64,000 bases of DNA, from the IMG/VR virus record IMGVR_UViG_3300027834_000005, positions 248,001-312,000 of that record; one strand, given 5' to 3'. A model generated the notes under the pieces. The model searched no databases. It saw nothing but the letters and a program-made list of their open reading frames with translations, and was not told the origin of the DNA. The position numbers and the translations under genes are program-made. Below are positions 18,753 through 28,496 of the stretch, one piece after another; positions within the stretch are counted from its first letter, which is position 1, and every line of letters begins with the position of its first letter.

Positions 18753-19216
18753 TGAGCAAATGGTATAGAAAAGTAACTGGTAGTGTTGCGGAAGTTCCTA
18801 ACTTCCTAACGTTCTTCGAGAATGAATTAGAAGACGCCAAGAAACAACTTTCTATGTCGGGTGTATCATTGGAAAGGCATGCAGCTATGATGCCAGGAAT
18901 AACAGAACATAGATTCAGTCAGCTTCAAGAAATAGAAGCTGTTCTTGAGTTTCTGAATATCGAAATGAAGAGAATTAGAGGTAGGCGCTTTAAGCACTAC
19001 TTCCAAGGTTATGATAAAGCATTAACGTCTAGAGATGCTGAGAAGTATGTTGACGGCGATGATGAAGTTATCGACCAAGCTCTATTGATTAATGAAGTCG
19101 CTCTGTTGCGAAACAAATACCTAGCAATACATAAAGGTCTAGAAGCTAAACATTGGCAAATAAACAATGTAGTTAGACTTAGATGTGCTGGCCTTGAAGA
19201 CGCGACGGTGGGTTAG
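18752..19216 (+). CDS. uvsY: recombination mediator UvsY-like
   Basis: Helical ~150 aa; L..RD.EKYVDGDDE and KGLEAKHWQI patterns; lies between uvsX and uvsW. Confidence 0.8.
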   Translation: MSKWYRKVTGSVAEVPNFLTFFENELEDAKKQLSMSGVSLERHAAMMPGITEHRFSQLQEIEAVLEFLNIEMKRIRGRRFKHYFQGYDKALTSRDAEKYVDGDDEVIDQALLINEVALLRNKYLAIHKGLEAKHWQINNVVRLRCAGLEDATVG

Positions 19217-20680
19217 ATGACTAATAAAGTATGTGACCTAGTTTTGAGAGATGAAGTTAATTGTCGTTTCGAAAATGTTGATCCGTCCACTCGAAGGAAG
19301 ATGTCTAAGAAATTAGAATTCTTTCTTCAGTACGCAAGACATACCCCAGCATACAAATTAGGACGCTGGGACGGCATGAAAAGATTTTTTGATGCCGGTG
19401 GAAGAACATATATCAATCTTATAGATGATGTGCTTCCTATTCTTCTTGACGAAGGATACGAGATAGATGTAGTGGATAAGAGATCATGTGACCGCATGTC
19501 TTTTAGTCCAATAACTGCGGATAGTTACTCACATGTTAAGTGGCCTGAAGGTCATGTATGTGAAGGCGAATCTTTAGTTATACGTGAACACCAAGTTGAA
19601 GCCATTAATGACTTTTTGGCTAACCCTTGTGGTATGGGAGAGATAAGTACTGGCGCTGGTAAAACAATTATCACCGCTGTGTTATCCGATCACATTGGGC
19701 AGTACGGTAGATCTATAGTTATTGTTCCTAATAAGGATCTGGTTACGCAAACCAGAAGAGACTATGAGCTACTAGGACTCGATGTAGGCGTGTATTACGG
19801 CGATAAGAAAGAGATAGGGCATATGCATACCATATGCACGTGGCAGAGCTTAGAGGCACTGGATAAGAAGAAGGACGGTAAGATAACGATGTCAGATATA
19901 TCTGATGGAGTCGTTGGTGTTATTGTCGATGAAGCTCATTCATGTAAAGCGGATAAATTGTTTAAGCACCTAACTAAGACATTTAGTCAATGTCCTATTA
20001 GATGGGCGATGACTGGTACTATACCGTTAGACCCAGCTGAAGCATTTTCTCTTAAGGCTGCAATTGGTCCTGTTATATGTCAAGTGTCCGCAAAGGAATT
20101 GCAAGACAAAGGTGTTCTGAGTAATCTTAACATTGACGTATTACAAGTCCAAGATTATTATTCTAACTTTCCTGATTATCAGGAAGAACTGAATTATTTA
20201 GTGACTGACGATAAGAGATTAAAATTTCTTACTGAGACGTTTATTATGCCTGCTCTAGAAACTGGAAACACATTGATTCTGGTTGATAGGATAGCCACTG
20301 GTAAAAAACTACAGGCGTTAATTCCTGATTCTGTTTTCATCAATGGTAACGTTAAGTCGGTAGACAGAAAGACTGAATATGACTCTGTGAAAAATGCAGA
20401 TAACAAACCTATAATTGCAACCTTCGCGGTAGCAAGTACAGGTATCGACATACCAAGAATATTTAACGTATTCATGTTTGAGTCAGGTAAAAGTTTTATT
20501 AAAGTTATACAGTCCATTGGTAGGGGAATTCGTAAAGCTAAAGATAAAGACTTCGTAAATATTTACGACGTATGTTCTAGTGCTAAGTACTCCAAGAAAC
20601 ATTTGACCGAAAGGAAAAAGTTTTATAAGAGTAAAGAATACCCATTTAAAATTAACAAAGTAAAAGGAGATTTCATATGA
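19217..20680 (+). CDS. uvsW: SF2 DNA helicase UvsW
   Basis: STGAGKT, DEAH, MTGT, STGIDIP, QSIGRG motifs. Confidence 0.92.
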   Translation: MTNKVCDLVLRDEVNCRFENVDPSTRRKMSKKLEFFLQYARHTPAYKLGRWDGMKRFFDAGGRTYINLIDDVLPILLDEGYEIDVVDKRSCDRMSFSPITADSYSHVKWPEGHVCEGESLVIREHQVEAINDFLANPCGMGEISTGAGKTIITAVLSDHIGQYGRSIVIVPNKDLVTQTRRDYELLGLDVGVYYGDKKEIGHMHTICTWQSLEALDKKKDGKITMSDISDGVVGVIVDEAHSCKADKLFKHLTKTFSQCPIRWAMTGTIPLDPAEAFSLKAAIGPVICQVSAKELQDKGVLSNLNIDVLQVQDYYSNFPDYQEELNYLVTDDKRLKFLTETFIMPALETGNTLILVDRIATGKKLQALIPDSVFINGNVKSVDRKTEYDSVKNADNKPIIATFAVASTGIDIPRIFNVFMFESGKSFIKVIQSIGRGIRKAKDKDFVNIYDVCSSAKYSKKHLTERKKFYKSKEYPFKINKVKGDFI

Positions 20681-21183
20681 GTAAGATTCTAACAGTTGAA
20701 AATAAAATGTATGACATAGACCACGTACCAGAAGTGGTAGATGACTTAAGATTTTGTGTATTAGATTGTACAGAGACCGACTACATAGATTTCTTCTTTC
20801 TTCCGCTGATCTACTTGGAGAGTTTCTATTCTCCAATGGTAGTTCTTTCTATAGGCAAGTACACAGTTAAGATGCCTTTAGATTGGTCGGTGATGGTATG
20901 CGATGAAGATTATAGCGCAATGGAAATTATGCCATTGACTAGCTTAAATGATAGAGGTTTCCATACCGTATTGTTTAATCCTTTGAAGCATTTCGTTCCT
21001 GAATCAAAAGAAGTTGTTATGATGGACGTGTACTCTGACGTGAAATGGTTTTTCCCTAAACTGAAGACAGGTAACATTTTAGTTGTCCCAGTTGAAGACG
21101 GAGATACACCTTTATGTGCATTGTTCGTTAAAGACCATACTAAAATACCTAATCCTTTAGATATTGGATTGATTTTTGAGTAG
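20677..21183 (+). CDS. conserved hypothetical protein
   Basis: Coupled ORF after uvsW (ATGA overlap). Confidence 0.65.
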   Translation: MSKILTVENKMYDIDHVPEVVDDLRFCVLDCTETDYIDFFFLPLIYLESFYSPMVVLSIGKYTVKMPLDWSVMVCDEDYSAMEIMPLTSLNDRGFHTVLFNPLKHFVPESKEVVMMDVYSDVKWFFPKLKTGNILVVPVEDGDTPLCALFVKDHTKIPNPLDIGLIFE

Positions 21184-21197
21184 AAACGTAGTATAAT
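21169..21197 (+). promoter_or_regulatory. sigma70-type promoter
   Basis: TTGATT-17-TATAAT. Confidence 0.65.
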
Positions 21198-21212
21198 AGG
21201 CAAGGTGAAAAT

Positions 21213-21695
21213 ATGGCAAAGGCAAGATTAAATAAGTTGAGCGATGTTCTCAATGCCATTGACTTCGGGAATACTGATTATCTGGGCGGTCTGCCCGACG
21301 ACAAGAAGGCGGACCTATCTAAGAATATCTGGCTAATGATGCGTTATTGTAGCGGTGTAAAACCTAACTATCGTAGCGATCATAGCCTTCATTACTTGAT
21401 TATGACACATAGTCTAGTGAATAAAGATTTCATGAAGGTCAGTGACCATCCAGAACTTCAATGGAAACTAATGGCTCATTGTGGCGTAGGTAATAAACAA
21501 TACCACGAATTGTTACCTCCCACTTCATCACGAAGAATTGACCCTAAAATAAAAATGTTGACATCTGTGTTCCCTGAAAAGAAACCGGACGATATAGATT
21601 TACTTATAAAGATAAACGACGTGAGTGAACTTAAGGAAATGTGTATAGATTATGGCTTCGAAACCAAAGACGTCAATAGTGCGTTCACGAGATAA
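21213..21695 (+). CDS. probable clamp loader small subunit (gp62-like)
   Basis: W.MMRY.S and HPELQWKL pattern, size and replication context. Confidence 0.5.
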   Translation: MAKARLNKLSDVLNAIDFGNTDYLGGLPDDKKADLSKNIWLMMRYCSGVKPNYRSDHSLHYLIMTHSLVNKDFMKVSDHPELQWKLMAHCGVGNKQYHELLPPTSSRRIDPKIKMLTSVFPEKKPDDIDLLIKINDVSELKEMCIDYGFETKDVNSAFTR

Positions 21696-22362
21696 CATAT
21701 GTAAATTCTGTAAGAAAGGATTTAGCTCTGAGAGAACTCTAGCAGCGCATATGTGTGTCAAGAAACGTCGATTTGCAGATAAAGATGCACCAGGATCTAT
21801 GTTAGGTTACAGGGTATTTCAAAGGTTCTATGAACTTACATCACGTAAGAGCGAACCAAAAAGCGTGTATGAATTCATAGACAGCTCCCACTACAACGCA
21901 TTCGTTAAATTCGCCAGATATATGGTAGATTTGAATCCGTTAGTTCCAGATCAATTCATAGACTACGTTATTACTAACGGAATCAAAATGAAGGACTGGG
22001 ATAAGCCATCCATTTACGATAAATTCTTAGGTGAATACATTCGTAAAGAGCCGGTGAAAAGAGCACTAGAAAGATCCATAATCGAAATGGATAAATGGGC
22101 ACAGGAAAACAATACGGAATTTACGAACTTCTTTGAGTACGTCCATCCTGTAGAGGCTGTGTACCTCATTAAGAGCGGTAGAATATCCCCATGGATAATC
22201 TACATATCTGATAACTCATCTAAGCTACTGAGCAGCTTTAACCAAGAACAGGTTAAGATGTTAGCTAATATCATGGACGTAAATTTATGGAACTTTGTGT
22301 TTCATAAGAAAGTTGATGATGTGAAATATGCAAGAGACATTATAAGCGCGGCAGGACTATGA
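21652..22362 (+). CDS. C2H2 zinc-finger-containing conserved hypothetical protein
   Basis: CKFCKKGFSSERTLAAHMC. Confidence 0.6.
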   Translation: MASKPKTSIVRSRDNICKFCKKGFSSERTLAAHMCVKKRRFADKDAPGSMLGYRVFQRFYELTSRKSEPKSVYEFIDSSHYNAFVKFARYMVDLNPLVPDQFIDYVITNGIKMKDWDKPSIYDKFLGEYIRKEPVKRALERSIIEMDKWAQENNTEFTNFFEYVHPVEAVYLIKSGRISPWIIYISDNSSKLLSSFNQEQVKMLANIMDVNLWNFVFHKKVDDVKYARDIISAAGL

Positions 22363-22943
22363 GTATTTTTAAAGGTGATATCGATATTGATGTGGCAAGT
22401 CGTGATGAGGCGCTGAAGAGCGTCCGTCATGTTCGTGCTATGATACGTACCAAAGATGATAAAGAACAAGTACATAACGTGGGTATCTATGTTCAAGATA
22501 TACCTGCTAACCCTATTACAGGGATGGCTACGTTCGAGTACAAGATAGCTGAAGAGTTAGGGTATCAGAAGATCGATGTCCTTAATAATTCGATATATGA
22601 AGAGGTTGAAGATGAAGCTCATCTTGATGCCCTTTGTGAAGAGTGCATGGTACAGTGGGACCTAATGGAACATGAAGAATTCGTGGATCAATTACCTCAC
22701 CTTACTGGTCACTTTGATATTGTTAATAGTATACGCCCACGTAATGTGGATGATCTAGCTGTGGCACTGGCTATTATACGACCAGCAAAGAGACACCTAG
22801 TTGGTAGATCTAGAATTGATATTGATAAAGAGATTTGGGATAAGCCTGCTGATGGCGGTTATCACTTCAAACGTGCGCATAGTTACGCTTACGCCATGTC
22901 ATTAGTAGTAAAAATGAATCTTATTACTGAGAAGATATATTGA
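22359..22943 (+). CDS. dnaE: minimal DNA polymerase III alpha (DnaE)-like protein, catalytic C-terminal fragment
   Basis: GDIDID (catalytic Asp pair), HNVGIYV, GYQKIDVL (third Asp), IIRP, YHFKRAHSYAY match DnaE palm and finger motifs. Confidence 0.78.
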   Translation: MSIFKGDIDIDVASRDEALKSVRHVRAMIRTKDDKEQVHNVGIYVQDIPANPITGMATFEYKIAEELGYQKIDVLNNSIYEEVEDEAHLDALCEECMVQWDLMEHEEFVDQLPHLTGHFDIVNSIRPRNVDDLAVALAIIRPAKRHLVGRSRIDIDKEIWDKPADGGYHFKRAHSYAYAMSLVVKMNLITEKIY

Positions 22944-23124
22944 TCATGTAGTACCGTGTTGGTTCATAGGTATCTGGGTTGACAGTTACGTACGTTTCTA
23001 CTATACCAAGAACATAGATGTCCTTCGGTACGCCTTCACGAATTTCACTTAATGACCTGTGTTCCAAATCTTCATAATATATGAAAGCGGAGTCATTAGC
23101 TAGATATTTAATATGAGATATCAC
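22924..23124 (-). CDS. hypothetical protein
   Basis: Coupled to the upstream minus-strand gene by GTGA overlap. Confidence 0.5.
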   Translation of the reverse strand: MISHIKYLANDSAFIYYEDLEHRSLSEIREGVPKDIYVLGIVETYVTVNPDTYEPTRYYMINISSQ

Positions 23125-23480
23125 TTTGGCTTTCTTACTAAAGTGATTTGACGCTTCTTAACTCTCTTACGTATAAGATTGTTTAAAGAAGTACATGGGC
23201 CAGAAATGACCTCTACGTCTTTTTTGTTAACAGTCCTAAGAAATGGCTTATATCTAGTCATCTCTTCTCTAAGAAAGATATTAATAGGTAGTAAGCGATT
23301 GCTCTCATGCCACCAAGTATCGCCAAGTTCTAATAATCTGGCCTTCTCTTCCTTGATAACGATGCTATCCAAGTCATAATAACTTAGAATTTTCTCGTCA
23401 CTGTTTTGTATAAGGCACAATTTCTCGCCGCCTTGTAAGGATATATGTGTTAAAAATGGGAATTCGTCTGTATTTGTCAT
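23121..23480 (-). CDS. conserved hypothetical late protein
   Basis: FPFLT...WWHESNRLLPINIFL pattern; start moved to MTNTDEF, 5 nt after GATAAATA. Confidence 0.65.
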   Translation of the reverse strand: MTNTDEFPFLTHISLQGGEKLCLIQNSDEKILSYYDLDSIVIKEEKARLLELGDTWWHESNRLLPINIFLREEMTRYKPFLRTVNKKDVEVISGPCTSLNNLIRKRVKKRQITLVRKPK

Positions 23481-23485
23481 AATAG

Positions 23486-23540
23486 TATTTATCATAGCTA
23501 AATCTATCAGCAGTAAAAATCATTCCGAAATCCATAAATA
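23486..23540. promoter_or_regulatory. divergent pair of late promoter motifs
   Basis: TATTTATC at 23486-23493 (minus) and CATAAATA at 23533-23540 (plus), each exactly 5 nt from an ATG. Confidence 0.7.
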
Positions 23541-23545
23541 GAGGT

Positions 23546-24487
23546 ATGTTATATGACTTATATAGATACGACAATTGGTATGATCTGCTGTTTGATAATA
23601 GTAGGTTCACTTGCGAGTGTAATTTGACGGACAACGCGCCTATGAACACAAGATTAGTAAAAATTCATAAAGGGGTCGATAACCTTCTGAAATTCAGAGT
23701 TTTCGATTCCGATAGAAAAAGAGCAAAAATAGACCACCTTAAAATAAGTGGCACATTAATTAATAAAGAGAACCGCGAACGCGTATTAACTGTTAAGGGA
23801 ACACTTGAATGTACTAGAGGTATATTCACAGTTGCTATTCCAGAAGGGCAGTTAGTAGATATCGCCGCTGGTTTCTATGACTTCGTTGTTACTGGCGAAG
23901 AAGACTTTATCCCTAGCCAAGCTGGTGAGATAGTATCTACCCCATTCTATACAGACGCTACTTCTAATATAAGATTAGAAGCTGAAGTGACTGATAGTGT
24001 TGAGAAGGCACCTATTCCAACCACAGAGATAATTGAATGGTCTTCGCAGTCAGTTGAGATAGAAGGCGTATATACTAAATTGTATTACAGCCACCCTATC
24101 GCAGCTAATAGACTAAGAAACCTTAAACATGGAACTCATACATTTACAGTCTCGGCTGAAAATTACCGTGGGTTATTCCAAGCACGTGGATCACTGGAAC
24201 ATATCCCTCCAGCTGCTTCGGATAGAGAAAAGTACTTCCCTCTTAACCTTACTGATTATAGTGAGTTCGCTAGATATGGCGATGTTGACGAGAATGGAAA
24301 ACTACAAACGTTTCATGGTATAGATGCATGGTCTATACAATCTAATGTGCTGTGGATTATTTTCTATTGGGTTGCTACTGATGATGCCGGTGTCCCACAC
24401 CCATCACATCTTGATCCGCCTGAGTTAATCTTAGATGACAATAGTGTCGTTGAGAATAAACTGGATAGAGTACAATTAAGATCATAA
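23546..24487 (+). CDS. putative virion structural protein (beta-rich, BppU-N/Ig-like N-terminus)
   Basis: VKIHKGVDNLLKFRVFDSDRK pattern; late promoter. Confidence 0.55.
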   Translation: MLYDLYRYDNWYDLLFDNSRFTCECNLTDNAPMNTRLVKIHKGVDNLLKFRVFDSDRKRAKIDHLKISGTLINKENRERVLTVKGTLECTRGIFTVAIPEGQLVDIAAGFYDFVVTGEEDFIPSQAGEIVSTPFYTDATSNIRLEAEVTDSVEKAPIPTTEIIEWSSQSVEIEGVYTKLYYSHPIAANRLRNLKHGTHTFTVSAENYRGLFQARGSLEHIPPAASDREKYFPLNLTDYSEFARYGDVDENGKLQTFHGIDAWSIQSNVLWIIFYWVATDDAGVPHPSHLDPPELILDDNSVVENKLDRVQLRS

Positions 24488-24508
24488 AAAAAGCGCCCTA
24501 GGCGCTTT
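24486..24508. terminator. bidirectional terminator between convergent genes
   Basis: A run-GCGCC-cta-GGCGC-T run. Confidence 0.75.
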
Positions 24509-24510
24509 AT

Positions 24511-25074
24511 TTATTTGTGTCTACCGCGATGGCCGCCTGCTGTTCTACTGTAGGTCTTATCGTTCCACCTTTTGTCAGTCTTCATTTTACTGGCTGCTCT
24601 TATGCCAGCATCATCACTAATGTCATTAGCTTTGTTGTTCATGGCACCTTCTATTTTTCTGAATCTTTCTACGCTTAATGAGCCATTCTTTTTCAACTCG
24701 ATAATTGCTTGCTTAGCGTTAAGGTTACCTTTCTTATTATCTAGAATATATTGGTATATTTCTGGATGTCCAGCTTTGAAGTCTTTAATGCTCTCATAAT
24801 CATCTGGATTATAACCCATGGATAGTTTACCCTCTACTTTGTCGGTGTAACCTTTACCATGACAATTGGTGCATATCTTAGTAGGGTTGGTGTCTCCACC
24901 TTGCATAAATTCGTTATTATTTCTCTGTAAAGGTCTGCTGATTCCCTCTTTACCGCTACCCTTACACTGTGGGCAAGTCTGCGCTATAGAGCCATCTGGT
25001 AAATTAATATGGTCTCCGCCTGTTCTGTAGTCAAGGCTAGAACCTTCTCTGTCTACGATTTCTGAAATGATCAT
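24511..25074 (-). CDS. late protein with DnaJ-type CxxCxGxG zinc-finger pair
   Basis: CPQCKGSG and CTNCHGKG; MIISEIV start; own late promoter. Confidence 0.65.
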   Translation of the reverse strand: MIISEIVDREGSSLDYRTGGDHINLPDGSIAQTCPQCKGSGKEGISRPLQRNNNEFMQGGDTNPTKICTNCHGKGYTDKVEGKLSMGYNPDDYESIKDFKAGHPEIYQYILDNKKGNLNAKQAIIELKKNGSLSVERFRKIEGAMNNKANDISDDAGIRAASKMKTDKRWNDKTYSRTAGGHRGRHK

Positions 25075-25097
25075 TGATAGTGTCCGTTAGTTTACTG

Positions 25098-25105
25098 TAT
25101 TTATC
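25098..25105 (-). promoter_or_regulatory. late promoter motif GATAAATA (minus strand)
   Basis: TATTTATC upstream of the 24511..25074 gene. Confidence 0.7.
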
Positions 25106-25111
25106 GTATAT

Positions 25112-25140
25112 TTGCTATAACGCGTAAGTTGTGGTATACT
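25112..25140 (+). promoter_or_regulatory. sigma70-type promoter
   Basis: TTGCTA-17-TATACT with extended TG. Confidence 0.65.
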
Positions 25141-25159
25141 TCCATTTTTGGAGAATACC

Positions 25160-25570
25160 ATGTCCGTGAATTTACAGGTCTATCGAGACAAATTAGAAAA
25201 AATAAAAAATATGAATAGGGTCTATAATAAAAGCGAACATGGCAGCGGCCTAACTAACTATGAAAACGGAAGTTACTCTATAAGTAACGACGGATCAACT
25301 AGATGGTACGATAAAGAAGGCAACCCACATAGGGGTGATGGTCTACCGGCTGTAATTGGACCAGGAAAATTAACACATTATCACCGTGGTAAACTACATA
25401 GAATAGATGGACCGGCACTCATTAGGCAAATTGGGTCCGACAAAGTCTATACTTGGTATGTAGATAATAAAAGAATAACCAGTTGGGAACAGTTCTCTGA
25501 CATGTCCGGCGTGCCATTAGAAGAAGTCATGTTAAAAGTTCTATCTGGGGATTGGCCACCTACGCCATAA
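25160..25570 (+). CDS. G-x-LHRxDGPA repeat protein (MORN-like beta repeats)
   Basis: GNPHRGDGLPAV and GKLHRIDGPAL repeats; GGAG RBS. Confidence 0.65.
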   Translation: MSVNLQVYRDKLEKIKNMNRVYNKSEHGSGLTNYENGSYSISNDGSTRWYDKEGNPHRGDGLPAVIGPGKLTHYHRGKLHRIDGPALIRQIGSDKVYTWYVDNKRITSWEQFSDMSGVPLEEVMLKVLSGDWPPTP

Positions 25571-25575
25571 ACATC

Positions 25576-25604
25576 TTGCCAAACTAGTGTTCCTATGTTA
25601 TAAT
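25576..25604 (+). promoter_or_regulatory. sigma70-type promoter directly abutting the primase ATG
   Basis: TTGCCA-17-TATAAT with extended TG; ATG follows 6 nt later. Confidence 0.75.
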
Positions 25605-25610
25605 AGCCGG

Positions 25611-26630
25611 ATGCTACTAGACACTATTATAGAAACAATTGTACCGAAGTTAGGCGGGTTAAAAGCGAGTCGTAAAGGCTGGCAAACCCGTAACTGTCCA
25701 CTGTGCCCTCATAGAGGACATGGTATAGACAAAAAAAGCAGATTCGGGATGAAGATAGAAGGCGGTACGTCCGTCGCTGTCCATTGTTTCAACTGTGCCT
25801 TCAAAGCCAAGTATGGCAGAGGTTCATTAATCAGCAAAGATTTTGCTTGGTTTATGGAGACTATAGGGGTTCCGTCAGACGATGTCAAGAAAATTAAGTT
25901 CCAATCTTTCAGAGAGAAAGAAGCAGGCGAGATTTTCCAAGATGTTAAGGTTACTGAGGACTCTAGGTCTAAGTGGAAGAAGGTGGATTTACCACCAGAT
26001 TCCCGCTCTGTATTATTCTGGCTGGAAGCCGGTTGTAACGACAAGAATTTGGTAAAGGTTGCCAACTACTGTCTGGAAAGGAAACTTGACCTTACGGATA
26101 TGTACTGGACACCTAACACAGAGCACTCAATGCACAAAAGAATCCTTATGCCTTTCTGGTATAAAGATGAAGTTGTAGGATACAGCGGGAGATACTATGT
26201 TGCGTCACCCGCAAAACACATACGCAGATACCTAAATTTGACTCCAGAAGATTTCATTTATAATCTGGATAAGCAATCTATGGACTATCCATTCATACTA
26301 CTTACAGAGGGCGTCATAGACGCGTATCTATGTAATGGTGTGTCTTGTATGGGAACAATGAACCAAGCGCAGATAGACATTATAAACAGTCTAGGAAAGA
26401 GAGTCATTGTCATCCCTGATAGAGATAAAGATGGTCAATCATTAGTGGACATAGCATTGGCTAATAAATGGGAAGTGAGTTTCCCTAACTGGCGAAAAGA
26501 TATTAAAGATGTGGGTAAGGCAGTTCAGGAATATGGAAGATTGCTGACTGTTAAATCGGTTATTGCCAGTGCCGAACATAACCCTATGAAAATAACACTA
26601 AAAAGGAAGATGGATAACTTTAATGAGTGA
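25611..26630 (+). CDS. gp61: DNA primase (gp61-like)
   Basis: Zn finger CPLC...HCFNC; TOPRIM LTEGVIDA and IPDRDKDG; start moved from 25587. Confidence 0.9.
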   Translation: MLLDTIIETIVPKLGGLKASRKGWQTRNCPLCPHRGHGIDKKSRFGMKIEGGTSVAVHCFNCAFKAKYGRGSLISKDFAWFMETIGVPSDDVKKIKFQSFREKEAGEIFQDVKVTEDSRSKWKKVDLPPDSRSVLFWLEAGCNDKNLVKVANYCLERKLDLTDMYWTPNTEHSMHKRILMPFWYKDEVVGYSGRYYVASPAKHIRRYLNLTPEDFIYNLDKQSMDYPFILLTEGVIDAYLCNGVSCMGTMNQAQIDIINSLGKRVIVIPDRDKDGQSLVDIALANKWEVSFPNWRKDIKDVGKAVQEYGRLLTVKSVIASAEHNPMKITLKRKMDNFNE

Positions 26631-28056
26631 TATAAAGGAATATACTGCTGATATTGAGAACATATTTATAAGATTTTTTGTGACCGACCCTTCACTATTC
26701 GTTAGATGCTTAGGTATCATCGATAGTGAGCATTATTCAGATGCTAATAATAGGAAAGTTGTATTCTTTTTGGCTGATTACGCCAAAGACTACAACGGAC
26801 TACCTACGTTAGAACAGATTAAGGCCGTTACGGGCGTCACAGTAGAAAAACTAACACAGTGCGATGACACGGAACGTGATTGGTTCTTAGATGAATATGA
26901 AAAGTTCGCAAGACATAAACAAATAGAAACAGCCATATTTGCTGCTCCAGATCTGTTGATAGAACACAGGTATGGCGAAGTAGAAGACATGGTAAAGCAA
27001 GCGGTGAGCGTAGGCTTAGTAAAAGACCTAGGTTTGGACTACTTTGCTGATCCCCTGCAGCGTCTTAATGACGTTGCTAATACCAGAGGTGCAATATCTA
27101 CTGGATGGGACGCGTTAGATGAGAAACTGTACGGCGGAGTGAATAGAGGTGAGCTATCTATATTCGCTGGACAATCAGGTGCCGGTAAATCTGTATTCTT
27201 ACAGAATATAGCTGTTAACTGGGTTGAGATGGGCCTGAACGTGATATACGTGACATTGGAACTTAGTGAGAATCTATGTGCCATGCGTATTGACGCTATG
27301 ATCACTGATCATGGAACCAGAGACGTTCTTAAGAATAGGGACGACGTACATCTTAAGCTAAACACCTTTAATAAGAAGTTTGGTGGATCACTTCGTATTA
27401 AACAGATGAAGAACGGATGTACAGCAAACGACATCAAAGCTTTCGTGAAGGAATATGAAATTCAAACTGGCATCAAAGTGGATGCGTTAGTATTGGATTA
27501 CTTAGATCTGTTCATGCCAACCAACGCTAAGATATCTCCAGAAAACTTATTCGTTAAGGATAAGTACGTAACGGAAAACTTACGTGATTTGGCAGTGGAA
27601 TTGGATACCCTATTAGCGACTGCGAGTCAGTTAAATAGATCGTCCCATGAAGACACCGTAGAGTTCACACACGCTAACATCGCTGGTGGTATGAGTAAGA
27701 TCAACACTGCGGATAACGTGTTTGGTATCTTTACTACGCCGACAATGAAAGAGAATGGTAGATACCAGCTTCAATTCATGAAAACGCGTTCTAGTGCCGG
27801 TGTTGGTTCTAAGATTGATCTTGGCTTTAATGTAAAAACGCTTAGGATACATGACTTGGCCCCAGACGCGGTAAGCTCTATACAGTTAAATACGACTGGA
27901 GTGATTAATAAGTTGGGAAGTGATCCTAGCGTAGTTACTGGTGGTACTGGTGCATCTCCTGCTCCTGCTCCTGCTGCTACTACAGATGATGATGGAAAGA
28001 CTCCGGCAGTTGGCGATTTCAATGCTTTACAGAGTATCATTAAGAAATTGAATTAA
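26623..28056 (+). CDS. gp41: replicative DnaB-like helicase (gp41-like)
   Basis: AGQSGAGKS, TLELSE, LDYLDL, TASQLNR, K.R motifs. Confidence 0.93.
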   Translation: MSDIKEYTADIENIFIRFFVTDPSLFVRCLGIIDSEHYSDANNRKVVFFLADYAKDYNGLPTLEQIKAVTGVTVEKLTQCDDTERDWFLDEYEKFARHKQIETAIFAAPDLLIEHRYGEVEDMVKQAVSVGLVKDLGLDYFADPLQRLNDVANTRGAISTGWDALDEKLYGGVNRGELSIFAGQSGAGKSVFLQNIAVNWVEMGLNVIYVTLELSENLCAMRIDAMITDHGTRDVLKNRDDVHLKLNTFNKKFGGSLRIKQMKNGCTANDIKAFVKEYEIQTGIKVDALVLDYLDLFMPTNAKISPENLFVKDKYVTENLRDLAVELDTLLATASQLNRSSHEDTVEFTHANIAGGMSKINTADNVFGIFTTPTMKENGRYQLQFMKTRSSAGVGSKIDLGFNVKTLRIHDLAPDAVSSIQLNTTGVINKLGSDPSVVTGGTGASPAPAPAATTDDDGKTPAVGDFNALQSIIKKLN

Positions 28057-28060
28057 ACTT

Positions 28061-28068
28061 GATAAATA
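28061..28068 (+). promoter_or_regulatory. late promoter motif GATAAATA
   Basis: Exact motif at the start of a virion-type gene block. Confidence 0.7.
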
Positions 28069-28079
28069 GGGAATGGAAG

Positions 28080-28496
28080 ATGTATAACCCAAGAGTAACT
28101 AAAGATTTCGACACTTTCAGGATGTTCTTAAAATCGGAAGATATTGTATTATCTGATGACGGCAACTTAAGAAGTACTGAAGGGAAGAATTTTGAAATAT
28201 TAAAGCAAACTATTGGACTGAGGGCAATTCCCGAAAGTGTATCAGCATTAAAGAAAGTTAGATCAGTGAAAGATTTAGGATCTGAAAACTTTAAAGGAAC
28301 TGGGTACGTTTGGGATTTTGCTATTGAAGCAGTCGATATTTTTCTTGGTGATGACGGCAATCCGGTAGGATTATTACAGGATGAACTGAACGATACGGTT
28401 CTACCTTGTGGAAATGTTTTGAAAACGTCTGGTGACGATTTGAATTTGGAATTCTTAAAGGGAGATTTTGATGTTGATAGCGGAGATATTGAGTGA
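28080..28496 (+). CDS. hypothetical late protein
   Basis: ORF after late promoter; start moved to MYNPRV. Confidence 0.55.
   Translation: MYNPRVTKDFDTFRMFLKSEDIVLSDDGNLRSTEGKNFEILKQTIGLRAIPESVSALKKVRSVKDLGSENFKGTGYVWDFAIEAVDIFLGDDGNPVGLLQDELNDTVLPCGNVLKTSGDDLNLEFLKGDFDVDSGDIE

Noticed and set aside
28059-28079. ORF-track starts reading MIN... (28059, 23495, 12557)
   Set aside because: These arise from (A/T)TG overlapping the GATAAATA promoter motif. The real starts are downstream.
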